Below, one piece after another: positions 39,118-50,112 of a DNA stretch of 64,000 bases. Position 1 is the stretch's first letter, and each line of letters starts with the position of its first letter. The position numbers were made by a program, and so were the translations under genes. This DNA is from Vicugna vicugna (Eukaryota), in the NCBI GenBank assembly GCA_013265495.1, contig MU057724.1, positions 1,937,102-2,001,101 on the forward strand, read 5' to 3'. Under the pieces are notes generated by a model. The model saw only the letters and a list, made by a program, of their open reading frames with translations, was not told the DNA's origin and searched no databases.

Positions 39118-39300
39118 AACTCTGGGGTCAGACTGGCGGAGGCGGGACTCAGCTTTCGGGGGGCCTGTTACTTGGCCTTCTGTGCTTCGTGTCTCATCTA
39201 TGAGACCAAGTAATGTAGCACCTGTTTCGAACAAGTTAGTAAGTGGGAAGGCACTACGTCTGCGCCACAGGAACAGTCAACGTGCATCTTAATTATTAGG
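39118..39300 (+). mobile_element. MIR SINE (degenerate)
   Basis: actctggggtcagactg...ttacttggccttctgtgcttcgtgtctcatctatgaga. Confidence 0.5.
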
Positions 39301-39524
39301 ATTAGAAACAGGAAACTAGCGCAGACTACGGCTCCGTGATTCCTGAGCTGAGCAAAGGCCGTCACTCACCTCTGATGAGCCCCGGAATGAGCTCGGACAG
39401 GGCTGATGTCAAAGTCCTGTATTTATCAGTCAGAGACCTCCTTGCCACCAGACCCCGGACTAAGCCTGTATTTCTGTTCTCCGCATGTTTCTAGTCCCAG
39501 TTCTTTTTAAGACAAGAAACTCCG

Positions 39525-39832
39525 TGCTATGGACTGAATGCTTGTGTCCCCCCAAAATCCCCAAAGTGACTGGCTTTGGAGGTGGGGCCTTTGGAAGGTG
39601 ACTCGGGTTAGTCATGAGGATGGGTCCTCATGACAGCACTGACACCCTTATAAAAAGAGGAAGGGACAGGAAATACCGTTCTCTCTCACATACAAACCAG
39701 ACTGGCCACATGAGGCCATGATGAAAAGATGGCATCTGCCGACCAGGAAGAGCGATCTCATCAGAGACCGCACGTGCGGGCATCTTGATCTTGGACTTCC
39801 CGCCTCCAGCGCTGTGGGAAATTAATGTTGTG
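39525..39832 (+). mobile_element. MLT1A-like solo LTR
   Basis: tgctatggactgaatgcttgtgtccccccaaaat...tttggaggtggggcctttggaaggtga...catcttgatcttggacttcccgcctccag. Confidence 0.85.
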
Positions 39833-40037
39833 GAGCTGGGACTACAGGGGACGAGAGCGTGGGGACATGGAGGAAGGGACAGGAGAGACAGGAGAGCTCG
39901 TTTCACGGAAACCAAGTATCAGCAAAGAGCAGGAGGGTGTGCGGTGACCTGAGGAGACCCCCTGCTCTCTGTCCTCAGCGTGGTCCCTGTTGCTGCACGT
40001 GTTCACTCCCTCCTTGAAGGATCAGGCCAGGGCTTAC

Positions 40038-40270
40038 CAAACTGGGGTCCACCTTGGCCCTCAGATCTTTTCCTGCCAGTCAGCACCCATCCAGTTTTCT
40101 CCTCCTTCTCATTATGCTCCTTATTTTGATGCTGGCCTGTCTAAGTTCTATCTCAAATGTCCTTGAGCTGATGTGGAAGGGTTTAAACTTCAATCCAAGA
40201 CTTTTTACCAAGAAGCAGTGCAGATAGGATGAGGTGACAAAAGGAATCTCGAATGAGTGCTTGGTCCTTC
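40038..40270 (-). other. Candidate non-coding exon (233 nt)
   Basis: Acceptor cttttgctgttgctttcag|G, donor TTG|GTAAGC; stops in all frames. Confidence 0.4.
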
Positions 40271-41354
40271 CTGAAAGCAACAGCAAAAGCCAGGATGACA
40301 TCTCCCGGTTCCCCCAAGCTACAGCGGTGTTAACAGTCGAAGTTAAAGACACCGACAGTAAGAGTCGGGGGAAGCTGGGGCAGGACACGGAGACGAGGAA
40401 CAGCCAGCTCCAGAGCCAGGGACGCCCATGCGGGAGCACGGGACTGGGGGCTGGCAGGCCGCCCGGGACTTCCCTGAGCGGGGAAAGCCCCCATCCTGGG
40501 GACCCCTCGGTCTTCACATCAGGATTAACTAGAAAATCACTTGTGATCTCACGTGTTTCCACGACGGCGAGGGCTGCTGTCCGACCCTTTCTTTTCCGCC
40601 TCTAGAGAGTAAACGAAAGGCGGAAGCTGTTCTTGGCTGTGTTGTTAGAGGAAGAAGCACAATGACTGACTCGCCTTTAAGTCCTCAGGGCGCTGACCTC
40701 GCTGAACGTTTGCTCAATTATTTCCTAGGTCATCATCCTAGCATGGGAAGCAGATGCTCAGATACGAAGCCTGTAACTTCCTCCCGGCCGTGCCTGACCG
40801 AGGGGGTCAGACTTGCTCTCCCACCTGAAACAGCTAGAAGACTGCACAAGCACATGAAATGACCGCGTGCAGGGACTGGACCTCAGGTACGCGGGACTGA
40901 GCGATGAGAGAGCGGCACAAACAGGAGGCACTTTCCAAGCGACAGCGCAGCACCTGACGCCTGGCTTCGTGGAGAAGACACAGATCCCGGTCCAGGGTGG
41001 AATTCACAAGGCAGCACTGAAGAAAGGAGAGAGCGCCTCAGATCTGCAGGCTTGCATAAACTCCCCCCAGATCCTCAGCCGCCGCAGACTGACGCTCAGC
41101 CATGCACGCCTTAAAGGAAAGCTCTCGGAAGATTACTGCCTTAGAAACAGGACCAAATGCGCTCTAGACAGAAGGCTGAGCGAGACCCTCCCTATCAAAG
41201 CCGAAACGCAAGCCTTGAAAGCATCCAACTTGTTACATGTTACTGCATTACAGAAGAAACTCAAATACTATTTAAAGGAATACAACAAAACCTGGTACCC
41301 AACATCATTCACAGTGGTCAGTAACGGCCAACATCCAGCCATAATTTGCCAGGC

Positions 41355-42987
41355 AAACCCACAGCTAATGCACACACAACAGTGAAAAGCTGAAAGTTCT
41401 TCCTCTGAGCCCAGGAACAAGACCAGGATGCCCACTCTTCTCACCATACCTATGCAACATGAAAGTCCTAGACAGAACAATTAGGCAAGAAGAAGAAATA
41501 AAAAGGCACCCAGATCAGAAAAGAAGTAAAACTGTCTCTTTTTGCTGATGGCACGATTTTGTATATAGAAAACTTCAGACTACACACACACACAAATTGT
41601 CAGGACCAATAAACAAATTCAATAAAGCTGCAGGAAACAAAATCAACATATAAAAATCAGTTACATTTCTAAACATTAAGAAGGAACTGTTCAAAAAAGA
41701 AACTAAGAAAAGCATTTCATTTACAAAAGTATCAAAAAGAATAAAATACTTAGGAATAAATTCAACCAAGGAAGTGAAATATTTGTAGACTGAAAACTAT
41801 AAAACATCGATGAAAGAAATTGAAGAAAACCCATGTAAATGGAAATACGCCCACGATCACAGACTGGAAAAATTAATATTATTAAGCTGCCCCTGCTACC
41901 CAATGTGGAGTACAAATTCACACAGCTCATACAACTCTACAGCAAAAGTAAATGAATAACCTCATTTTAAAGTGGGCACGTGCTCGGAATAGACATTTTT
42001 CCAAAGAAAACTTACCAACGGCCAACAAGCACATGATAAGATGCTCAGTATCACTAATCATCAGAGAAATGCAAATCAAAACCACAAGGAGATACCCCCT
42101 CACACCTGTCAGGGTGGCTAATATCAAAAACAAAAGATAAAGGCTTGGCGAGGAGGTGAAGAAAGGGAACCCTTGTTCAGTGTTGGTGGGGATGTAAATT
42201 GGTGCAGCTGCAATGGAAAGCAGCACAGGGGTTCCTCAAAAAACAGGCAGCAGAACTACCGTACAATCCAGCAGCCCCACTGCTAGTTACGTGCTCAAAG
42301 GAGACGAAATTCCTGTCTCAAAGAGACACACGCACTCCCGTGTTCACCGCAGCAGCAGCGTCCTGTGGACTTAGAGCGTGTTCCGCAGGACTCAGGGTGT
42401 GGAAACAACCCAAGTGTCCAGCAGGGAATGATGGATAAAGGAAATGTGATATGTATATGGATATATATAGAGAGAGAGACATATAAAATGGAACCTTATT
42501 CAGCCTTAAAAACAAGGAAATCCTGCCCTTTGCGACAACATGGAGGAACCTGGGGGACTTTGTGCCAAATGAAACAAGCCACCACACACAGAAGGACAAA
42601 GTCTGCATGACCTCATTTATATGTGGGATCTAAAGACACGGAGCCCACGGTAACAGAGAAAATGCTGGTCTCCAGAGGCTGGGGGTGGGGGAAATGGGGA
42701 GATGCTGGTCAAGGGTACATTCAGTTATAAGGTGAGTGACTCTGGAGGCCTCTCGCACAGCGTGGGGACCACAGTTAACGATAATATATTGTGCAGTTGG
42801 AAGCTGCTAACAGAGTAGATCTCAAGTGCTCTCACCACGGGGGAGGAAACAAGGCGGCCACATGAGGCGATAGCTGTGTTAACCAGCTTGTTTGCGGTGG
42901 GCATTCCACGACGCACACCTATGTCAAAATATCGCATCATAAACCTTAAATACACACAATCACAGTTCAGCAAAGCAGGGGGAAGAG
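41355..42987 (+). mobile_element. L1MA-like fragment (RT-region remnant, internal deletion ~41915, ORF2 end and 3'UTR)
   Basis: aaacccacagctaa...ggaacaagaccaggatgcccactct; aataaaatacttaggaataaattcaaccaaggaagtgaaa; agagaaatgcaaatcaaaaccacaaggagatac; gctaacagagtagatctcaagtgctctcacca. Confidence 0.92.
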
Positions 42988-43179
42988 TTTCCAAGCATAA
43001 AAGGAACCGGGGAAATGCGATCCGTTACTAGGAGATAAACTAAGAACAGATTCAGAAATCCTGGAGATGATGAGATTAGCAGATTGAAATAACTATTTTA
43101 AATGTTTCTTATACTCAAGAATCTAGAGGGAAACAGAACACAATTTAGTGAGAAAGGGAAGATATAAACAGGCCCATAT

Positions 43180-43345
43180 GTACCTTTTTGGGGTGGTGAA
43201 AATTTCCTAAAGTTGATTGTGGTACTGTTTACCCAACTCTGAATATGTCCCCTTGGTACCACTGCACAATCATTGACTTGCACACTCTGTGGGGGATGGT
43301 ACAGTACATGAATTGTATATTTCAATAAGGCTCCAGATAAAATGA
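43180..43345 (+). mobile_element. L1MB-like 3' terminal fragment
   Basis: ttttggggtggtgaaaatttcctaaagttgattgtggt...atgaattgtatatttcaataaggct. Confidence 0.75.
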
Positions 43346-44669
43346 TAGGGCTCCCCCCCCAAAAAAAAAAGGACCCACACAGAACTTCTGGTGATGAAAG
43401 GCACCACATCTGAAGTGAAAATACACTGACGGCTACAGAGGATGCTCCTGTGATCATTTTTCAGTGCATCATTCTAACCACTAAGTATAAGTCATTGGAC
43501 CGTCTTTGTTCTTAAACACAAAAGCTCTCCAGTGACGCAGCCAATCAGAGAGCACACCGTTAATGATACTTTGAGGCTGGACTGTCCGAGCTATCACTGT
43601 GCCAGGAAACATACTCCCCCTCCATCTTCAGGGACACAGATGCCATGGAACACGGAGACACACTAGACTATGCATGTCAGAACCCACGGGTTTAATTAAA
43701 GTTATGATGTGAACAAAGACTGTCCATTAGACAAGAAAAATTTGGTTTTGGCAAGTGATATTTGCATCAATTTGCTTAATTAGATCAGTACTTTTAACAC
43801 AATTTGTAAAACATGGGATTAAAGGCCTGAATTTCAAAGGATTTAGCAGAAGCCACAATCAGGGTTTCAAACAAATCATCTGCAAGAAATTGTAGGCTGA
43901 AAATAGCAATTAGCGGCCCACAGAAAAAAATTTTAATGGAGACCATGTCTATCAATTGGATAACCATGTATAATACAGCTTGGCTTGAATCACTGATAAC
44001 TTAACCTTCTTCAGATTTTCCAAAGTGGAAGCAAACTGCCCCTCTTGTTTATTTTAGACCTAGATTTCCAATAAAAATTAATCCCAGGTGCAAAAATATT
44101 GCATCATTTTGGCTTTGAGGGCAAAGCCACAGAGAAGGCAGGGTTGGCAAAGTTCAGTCCTGGCCTTGTGTCTCCACTGTCACACTTTACAAAAGCAAAC
44201 ACAGCCCCTAAAAAGGCCAACACAACCCCCTGATACATGGAGTCAGTCAACAGCCGCTGACCCAGTAAATCTACTTGCGTTAAAGTTGTCATCCGGGTGT
44301 CCATTGAAAATACACTTTATTTATTATTTCATTAAATAGCTTAATCGATAGCCTTGATCTTTCCTCTTCTTAAAAGAGAAAAGAAATATTTGGGGGAAAA
44401 GAATTCCGTGAAGAAGGTCATTTTTAAACATTTTACTTGAAAATAAAGAATATGCTCTGGCTCATGTCAGCGCTTGTTTCGGGGGGTTTGGCGGACGGGC
44501 ACCAGTCTCACCGCCGCCCAGCAGCTTCTCGCCTCACCCTCCTCGATCCTGATCACAGGTACTCGTAAGACCCCATCATTCTCCCAAGTCCTGAGGTCTC
44601 TTCCGATTCAGAGAATGAGTGGAAGTGGTAAGTAAAGTGCGTCTCCATTTTTAAAAGAGAACATCGGGC

Positions 44670-45420
44670 ACCCCCGTGCCACCTCCTCCTGCCGCCCCCG
44701 GCGCGCTGTCCCCCAGATCACGGCTCCAAAGGGTCGTCATTACAGACACGGGCGCAGGAGTTCTCTCCCCACAAGTGCAGCGCGTAAACGCGAGGAACTA
44801 TTCGTGCAATGAGGAGCCTGAAATCAAAACCCAAACCGACTCGTCTCCCCTACAGATGAGAACTGGGCTCAGACCTTACGGACAAGCCCCACTTGCCAGA
44901 GCTGCGCATACGCCCCTGGGGACAGGCCTCACGCCCTCGCAGTGTCCCCGGGGGAGAAGCGGCGCCCGGGGGCTCCGGCTGGCGTCCGCGGGGCGCGGGG
45001 ACACGGGGCCGCCTTGCTCACCCGGGCTCCGGGGACAGCCGGGCCGAGGCTGCTCTGCGGCCGTGGGTCTCGTGGGGCCCCGGCGGGCACCTACACACCC
45101 TGATCCGCTCTGAAGACAACCTTCCAGGCCAGTGCGCATGAGGCACCAACGCACGTGGTAACCGTGTGGAAACACCACGCAGTGAGCGGCACTGACGGTC
45201 TTCCCTGAAATGCGTGCGCGTCTGGCTCCACGTGAGTCCCTGACGGGCGCTTTTTACCCTCCTACGCCCGGTTCCCACTCTCGCCCCCCCCCCCCCCCCC
45301 CCAGATTGGCCCCCGCCTCTGCCCCCCGCCTCTGCCCCCCGGCGGCTCCCGGCGCCGCAGGCCCGGCGGGCTCCACGCGCAGAAAGCTGCCCGAGCCCGT
45401 GCACTTCCTCCAAGCTTTGC
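44670..45420. promoter_or_regulatory. CpG-island promoter, probably bidirectional
   Basis: CpG-dense; NRF1-like tgcgcatg 45133-45140; E-boxes CACGTG 45152-45157 and 45229-45234; MYB-like taaccgt ~45159; ATTGG (CCAAT on minus strand) 45305-45309; GC boxes 45311-45330; donors facing outward at 45021 (-) and 45232 (+). Confidence 0.7.
45022..45135 (-). ncRNA. Candidate first exon of a minus-strand transcript (5' end approximate)
   Basis: Strong donor CGG|GTGAGC at 45022/45021 just downstream of the promoter motifs. Confidence 0.45.
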
Positions 45421-45454
45421 AAACTGGCTCCCCGTTTGGAGGGCCCTTACTGGT

Positions 45455-45975
45455 TCATGTAAGCTTCAGCATCCGTTTTCCTGGGGTCCTCAGGTATCTG
45501 CTGGGATGTTCAAATGAAATGAATTTCATTTGAAACTGCACTGAACGTATAAATGAACCCGGGAAAATTAACATCTTTGTCATTATGCGTCATCTGGCCC
45601 TCGAGTATCCTATAAATCTCCTTCAGGTCTTTCTAAAATGTTTTAAAACAGGTTTTACTCTCCCCGGCTAAAGGTACGGTTCATTCTTGGCTAGGTCTTT
45701 TTCTATAAACTCTTCAGTTAATTTATCGACACTTTAACTGAAAACACTTCGGTTCCTTTTCTGCAGGGTTGGCAGCCGCGTGCCATCCGCGCTGGCTTTT
45801 ACGTGCCCACTCACGTCTGCGAATCCGGCTGAACTTTTTTCCTGAGTTTTCAAAGGAGATCAAGTGAGCAGCAAATAATGACCATTTTCTCACTTCCTTC
45901 CAGTCTTTTAATAGCTTATTTCTTTTCTTGGCCAGAAATTCTGGGAACTTGTTAAACAGTCAGAGTAACACAAGG
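45455..45975 (-). mobile_element. Old L1 ORF2 fragment (antisense)
   Basis: ctgctgggatgttc...actgcactgaacgtataaat...ggaaaattaacatctttg; gcagcaaataatgaccattt...ttcttttcttggccagaaattctgggaac. Confidence 0.6.
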
Positions 45976-46029
45976 AAGGAGGATGAGAAAGAAAAAAGGA
46001 AGAGGAAGCGGAGAAAGAAAAGCTCAGGC

Positions 46030-46305
46030 TGTTTTCCAGACACTAATCTGAGCACTTTGTTTAAATTAAGGAGGGTGGGGCTGTGGCGCAGTGGTAGGGT
46101 GCGCGCTGATGCATGAAGTCCCGGGTTCAATCCCCAGTACTTCTACTAAAAAATAAAATCTTAATTTTAATTTTAAAAAAATGAATAAATTGACAAGTGT
46201 GGTTTTCTGAACCTTCTGGTAAGGCACTATTATTCCCCTCTGGAAGGAGAAGAAAATGAGGTGCAGAGAATTAAGTAAGCTGCCCCAGGTCTGCAGCTAG
46301 CAAGT
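46030..46305 (-). mobile_element. MIR split by a SINE insertion
   Basis: ccagacactaatctgagcacttt before, and gcactattattcccctct...aagaaaatgaggtgcagagaattaagtaagctgccccaggtc after the SINE. Confidence 0.7.
46071..46185 (+). mobile_element. tRNA-Ala-derived SINE (Vic-1-like, short tail)
   Basis: gtggcgcagtggtagggtgcgcgctgatgcatgaagtcccgggttcaatccccagtacttc plus A/T tail; possible TSD taaattaa/taaattga. Confidence 0.85.
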
Positions 46306-47519
46306 CCCCTCTTTCGGGAAAGAAGACACTGGTGTTCTAGCTCCCACACTGAGGACCCCTTGAACTTCTTTATTGAAGGCGGTCTCATTTGAATGTTCTT
46401 AATGTAGATTTTTTTAAAAATCTTGTCTTGAGGACTAGTTGGACATAAATTACGGAAAGCAAAGGAGATGACAATTCTCTATGGCTTTCTAAAATTTAGT
46501 TTGTGTTGAAATATACTTTTTGTAATTTGTATTATTGTTCGTGCCGTTTTTCATGCCTCTGTCCTCCATGACCACAACTGCATGGTCAAAAGTATCAAAG
46601 CTTCCTGCCTGTAAGCAACTTTCATCTCTAACACGTTATTCTTAAGTCCAGTTCTTTCCTGAGTGCTGCCAGCTCACTTTACATTTTCTTCCACTGCTGT
46701 ATCATCTCGTCTTGCTGAGTGAGGACCAGCAAAGCCACTTTTTATACCACAGAGAGACAGCGAGTGTTTACACTGAGCAGCTTTCTTCCCTATGTATTCT
46801 TGAAACGTTTTTGTTATGGAAATGTCTACTTTCCCCCTTTTGGTATCTGTGTCCCTTGCTAGGTTTTTGTCCAATTTTTATTCATAGTGTATGGGACCCA
46901 TTACTCCTAGCCAAGCCATTAGTTTTGAGAGCAGGGGGGAAAATGTGTGGAGTATACAGGGGGTGAACTCAGGCCACAGGAAGCCTCGGTTCAGAAGGCC
47001 GGCTCTGCCTCCTGCCCCACCCCTGCCGTGACAGTGGGACCGCTCACCCGGGGAGCTTTGCGTGCCCTGAAGATGCTGCCCTCGACTCCCTGCACACGTG
47101 CGTGATGTCTGCGCCGGGAACAGTGACCCCAAAGCTGACTGACGCCTGGAAGCCTGTCCTTCATGAGACACCTTGGGGTTTCTGCCTCCGCCACCTGCCT
47201 CTGCTCTGGGCTGTGCCGGGGACTCGGGGATCTTGCAGACACTGGTGTGCCGGCCCACAGCGCCCGAGGAAGGAGTCCACCCTTCAGATCTGTGCCACCT
47301 CCTGCTGGAAAACCTGGCCTGACGTGAACTTTCAGAAGGAGGTCTCCGCCCCGCATGTCCCTTCGTCCTGCCCAAACTTCACTGCACTTGGCAGATATTT
47401 TCATTCCTTACGACCTAAGGTGATGAAAAATGAGATTTTTCTTCATTGTTTACAATCTCTGTCTTGCTTTTATTAATTTAAGGGCCATAAATATCCTTGC
47501 TCTGCTATTTCCAGCCAGA

Positions 47520-48130
47520 CGTCTCTAAATATCTACCTATCCACCCATTTTTCTCCAGGTCTGCTGCTGTCACAGAGTTTAAGCCACCAGCACAGCAGTG
47601 GACACTGGCTCCTCTCCCGCCCCCGCCGACCCACAACCAGAGTGGTCTTTTCTTAAGATGACAGACTGATGACATCTCAGCTCAATGCCTGTAGCGTGGT
47701 CTTGTTCCTGCATAAAGCACCACCTCCTCCCACAGTTCAGGGCTCCGCCCCCGCCCCCTGCTCCCCGCACCATGTTCTCCCCATCGCCCTGGACTGACCT
47801 CTCTTGTGTCCTCCCTTCAGGCTGAGACAGCCTCCCTGCCCCCTTTCACCTGATGGACCCCCCACACACAAGCTTCAGACTTCATCACAAAGGGCGCTTC
47901 CTCCAGGAAGCCTACCCTGGACACTTGCTCTCTCATCCCAGTGCAGCTTCAGGGCTGTTCTTAAGCAGCATCTCGGCTCCATAGTACTGCTTGTTTCACG
48001 GTCCATTCTCTGGGAGACAGGCGGCTGAGCGAACCTGTCCTGTGACTATTGTGGTAATCTTCTGTCCCCAGGGCCCACAGGAGGGACCGGCAAGTTTGAG
48101 GAATTAGCAAACATTTACGCAGATGGAACG
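47520..48130 (+). mobile_element. L2 fragment
   Basis: accagagtggtcttttcttaagatgacagactgatgacatc; cttcctccaggaagcctaccctggac; degenerate L2 3' end near 48110. Confidence 0.5.
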
Positions 48131-49591
48131 CGCAGGCAATATACCAACTCCTGAACACAGATGTGGGTGAGGATTGTTTCCCTCCAGGAGCTCCCAGGCC
48201 AGTGATACAAATACAGATTATATAATATCTGACAGGAAAATTGTGGGAAAGATCAAGATGCGTTTACTCTTTAGAGCAGTTGCATCTGATGTGTGTTAAT
48301 GCCATGAAGGAAAACATTTAAAACGATAGGAAAAAACTGGGAACATGAAGTAAATGTGCTGAATAAACCTAAATAGGAACTTAACGTCTCAGATTAACTT
48401 GTGGCAAGAACCACAGCAGCCTGAGACTCTCCAGCCACGGCTGAGGTCCCCACAGGGACTCCCGCACCCTCTCCTTTCCCGGTACGTGTCCCTCCCGCCT
48501 TGGGCAGAGCTGTGTAATGCAAGAACCTTGTTCCTTGTCCCTCCACATCCTGCTAATGTATGTGACGTGTTCAGACTATGCTTTGTGGCAAATTTTTGGT
48601 GGCTAAGAATCCAGAAACTCACACTCCATCATGGAGGCTTCTTTGGGGGGATTTTGAAAATGAAGGTCAACCACAGTTAAAGGGGTCCCAGTAAGGTGCC
48701 CTCGCCTGTGCCAGACAAAGCGCCTGTGAGAACTGTCCGCCACCCCCATTGTCCGAGATGCACTCTGAATAATGGGTTCTGCTTTTTGCCAATTTGTTGG
48801 CAACCTGCTACCCTGTAAGTATAGGTTCACTGTTCAGCTCAGAACAGAAACAAAAAGAGGAACCCAAACATTCAGTTTCAATAACATCTATTTCAGTTGT
48901 CCCTGTCACAGTCTCTCACAACTTCCCATAAAATAGCAGCAGGGAAGGAAAAAGGACAAGGTAAACGTTTATGCTGTTTCCAAACCCAGTGCCAGGACCC
49001 TAGAAGACCTTTCACTGCAAGACTTACTTTCCACTTTCAAACCCAGGTCGGTGGAAGCACATTGAAAGCACTTGCACACAGCTCAACACAAAGGCTGCTG
49101 CACAGAGAGGCTCGCAGGGCGCAGCATGGCCTCCCCAGGACCGCACTCCCGTGGTCTCCCTGGATCTGCAGCGAGGAAAGCAATTCTCTATGTGTCTATG
49201 CAGGGAAAAAATGATTACAAAGAAATACCTACTTTTCAAAGGAAAGAGCTATAACCCAAACATTATCCTTAGCTGTGTTGTCTCTCATGTGTAACACTAG
49301 CAGATAAAGTTCTAAAGGCTTACAACCCAGCAACTCCATGCCTAGATCCACACCCAAGAGAAATGAAGACACATCCACACAAAAACCTGTACATGAGCGT
49401 TCACAGCAGCATTATTCAAAATGGCTGAAAAGTGAAAAACCCAAATGTTTATCCGCAAGTGAACAGAAAACAAGATACGGTCTTCCCATGTGATAGAATA
49501 TTATTCAGCCATAAAAAGGAATGGAGTATTCATACATGCTTCAACATGGATGAATCTTGCAAACATGATGCTCAGTGAAAGCAGTCAGATA

Positions 49592-49723
49592 TAGAAGAAC
49601 ATGAAAACGAATATACGTATGTTCCTCTGTGACTGGAGCACAGCCCCGTGCACCAGAAATTGACACATCATCATAAACTGACTACACTTCAATAAAAAAT
49701 ACACAAATTTCAAAAAAATAGAA
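49592..49723 (+). mobile_element. Short camelid-type L1 3' end nested in L1MB
   Basis: gtgcaccagaaattgacac...aaactgactacacttcaataaaaaa; TSD aaagcagtcagata (49578-49591) / aaagaaatcagata (49724-49737). Confidence 0.85.
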
Positions 49724-49919
49724 AAAGAAATCAGATAATAAAGGTCATATACTGTGTAATTCCATTTACACTGAATGTTCAGAACAGGGACATCTACGGG
49801 GACAGAAACTAGATTAGAAGCGCTGAGCCTCAGGGGAGGGAAATACAGAGTGACCACAAGCAGGTCTGGGGTTTCCTTGGTGGCTACTGGAAATGTCCTG
49901 GAGTTAAATAGTATTAGAT

Positions 49920-50112
49920 GTTTTCAAAGGAAGTGGATGTTCAGAAAAATATTGTTATTGATCCAAAGTCACATAGCTGACTGGTGATAGAGCCGAAATT
50001 ATGAAATAAATGTTTATTCCTACCATGGCTAAAAATGACTAAACACATTGCTTATTCTCTAAGTTTTATTTTACATTATTCTATATTACATTTAAATGGT
50101 CCTTTTAATAAA
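49920..50112 (+). mobile_element. Retro-inserted non-L1 sequence (orphan transduction or mRNA 3' end) with 15-bp TSD
   Basis: Perfect direct repeat taaatagtattagat at 49905-49919 and 50113-50127; the host L1MB is collinear across it. Confidence 0.7.

Larger units (their letters stand above)
40990..43435 (+). mobile_element. Ancient L1M 5'UTR/ORF1-start remnant hosting two later L1 insertions
   Basis: aaaacctggtacccaaca...catccagccataatttgccaggca, resuming at ~42990 (cagaaatcctggagatgatgagattagcaga) and ~43360 (gaacttctggtgatgaaaggcaccacatctgaagtgaaaatacactg). Confidence 0.55.

Noticed and set aside
46678..46910. Minus-strand exon-like segment with AAA|GTGAGC donor and a 66-aa ORF
   Set aside because: Weak acceptor, stops in all frames near its 5' end, TTG start, and it lies upstream of the proposed promoter
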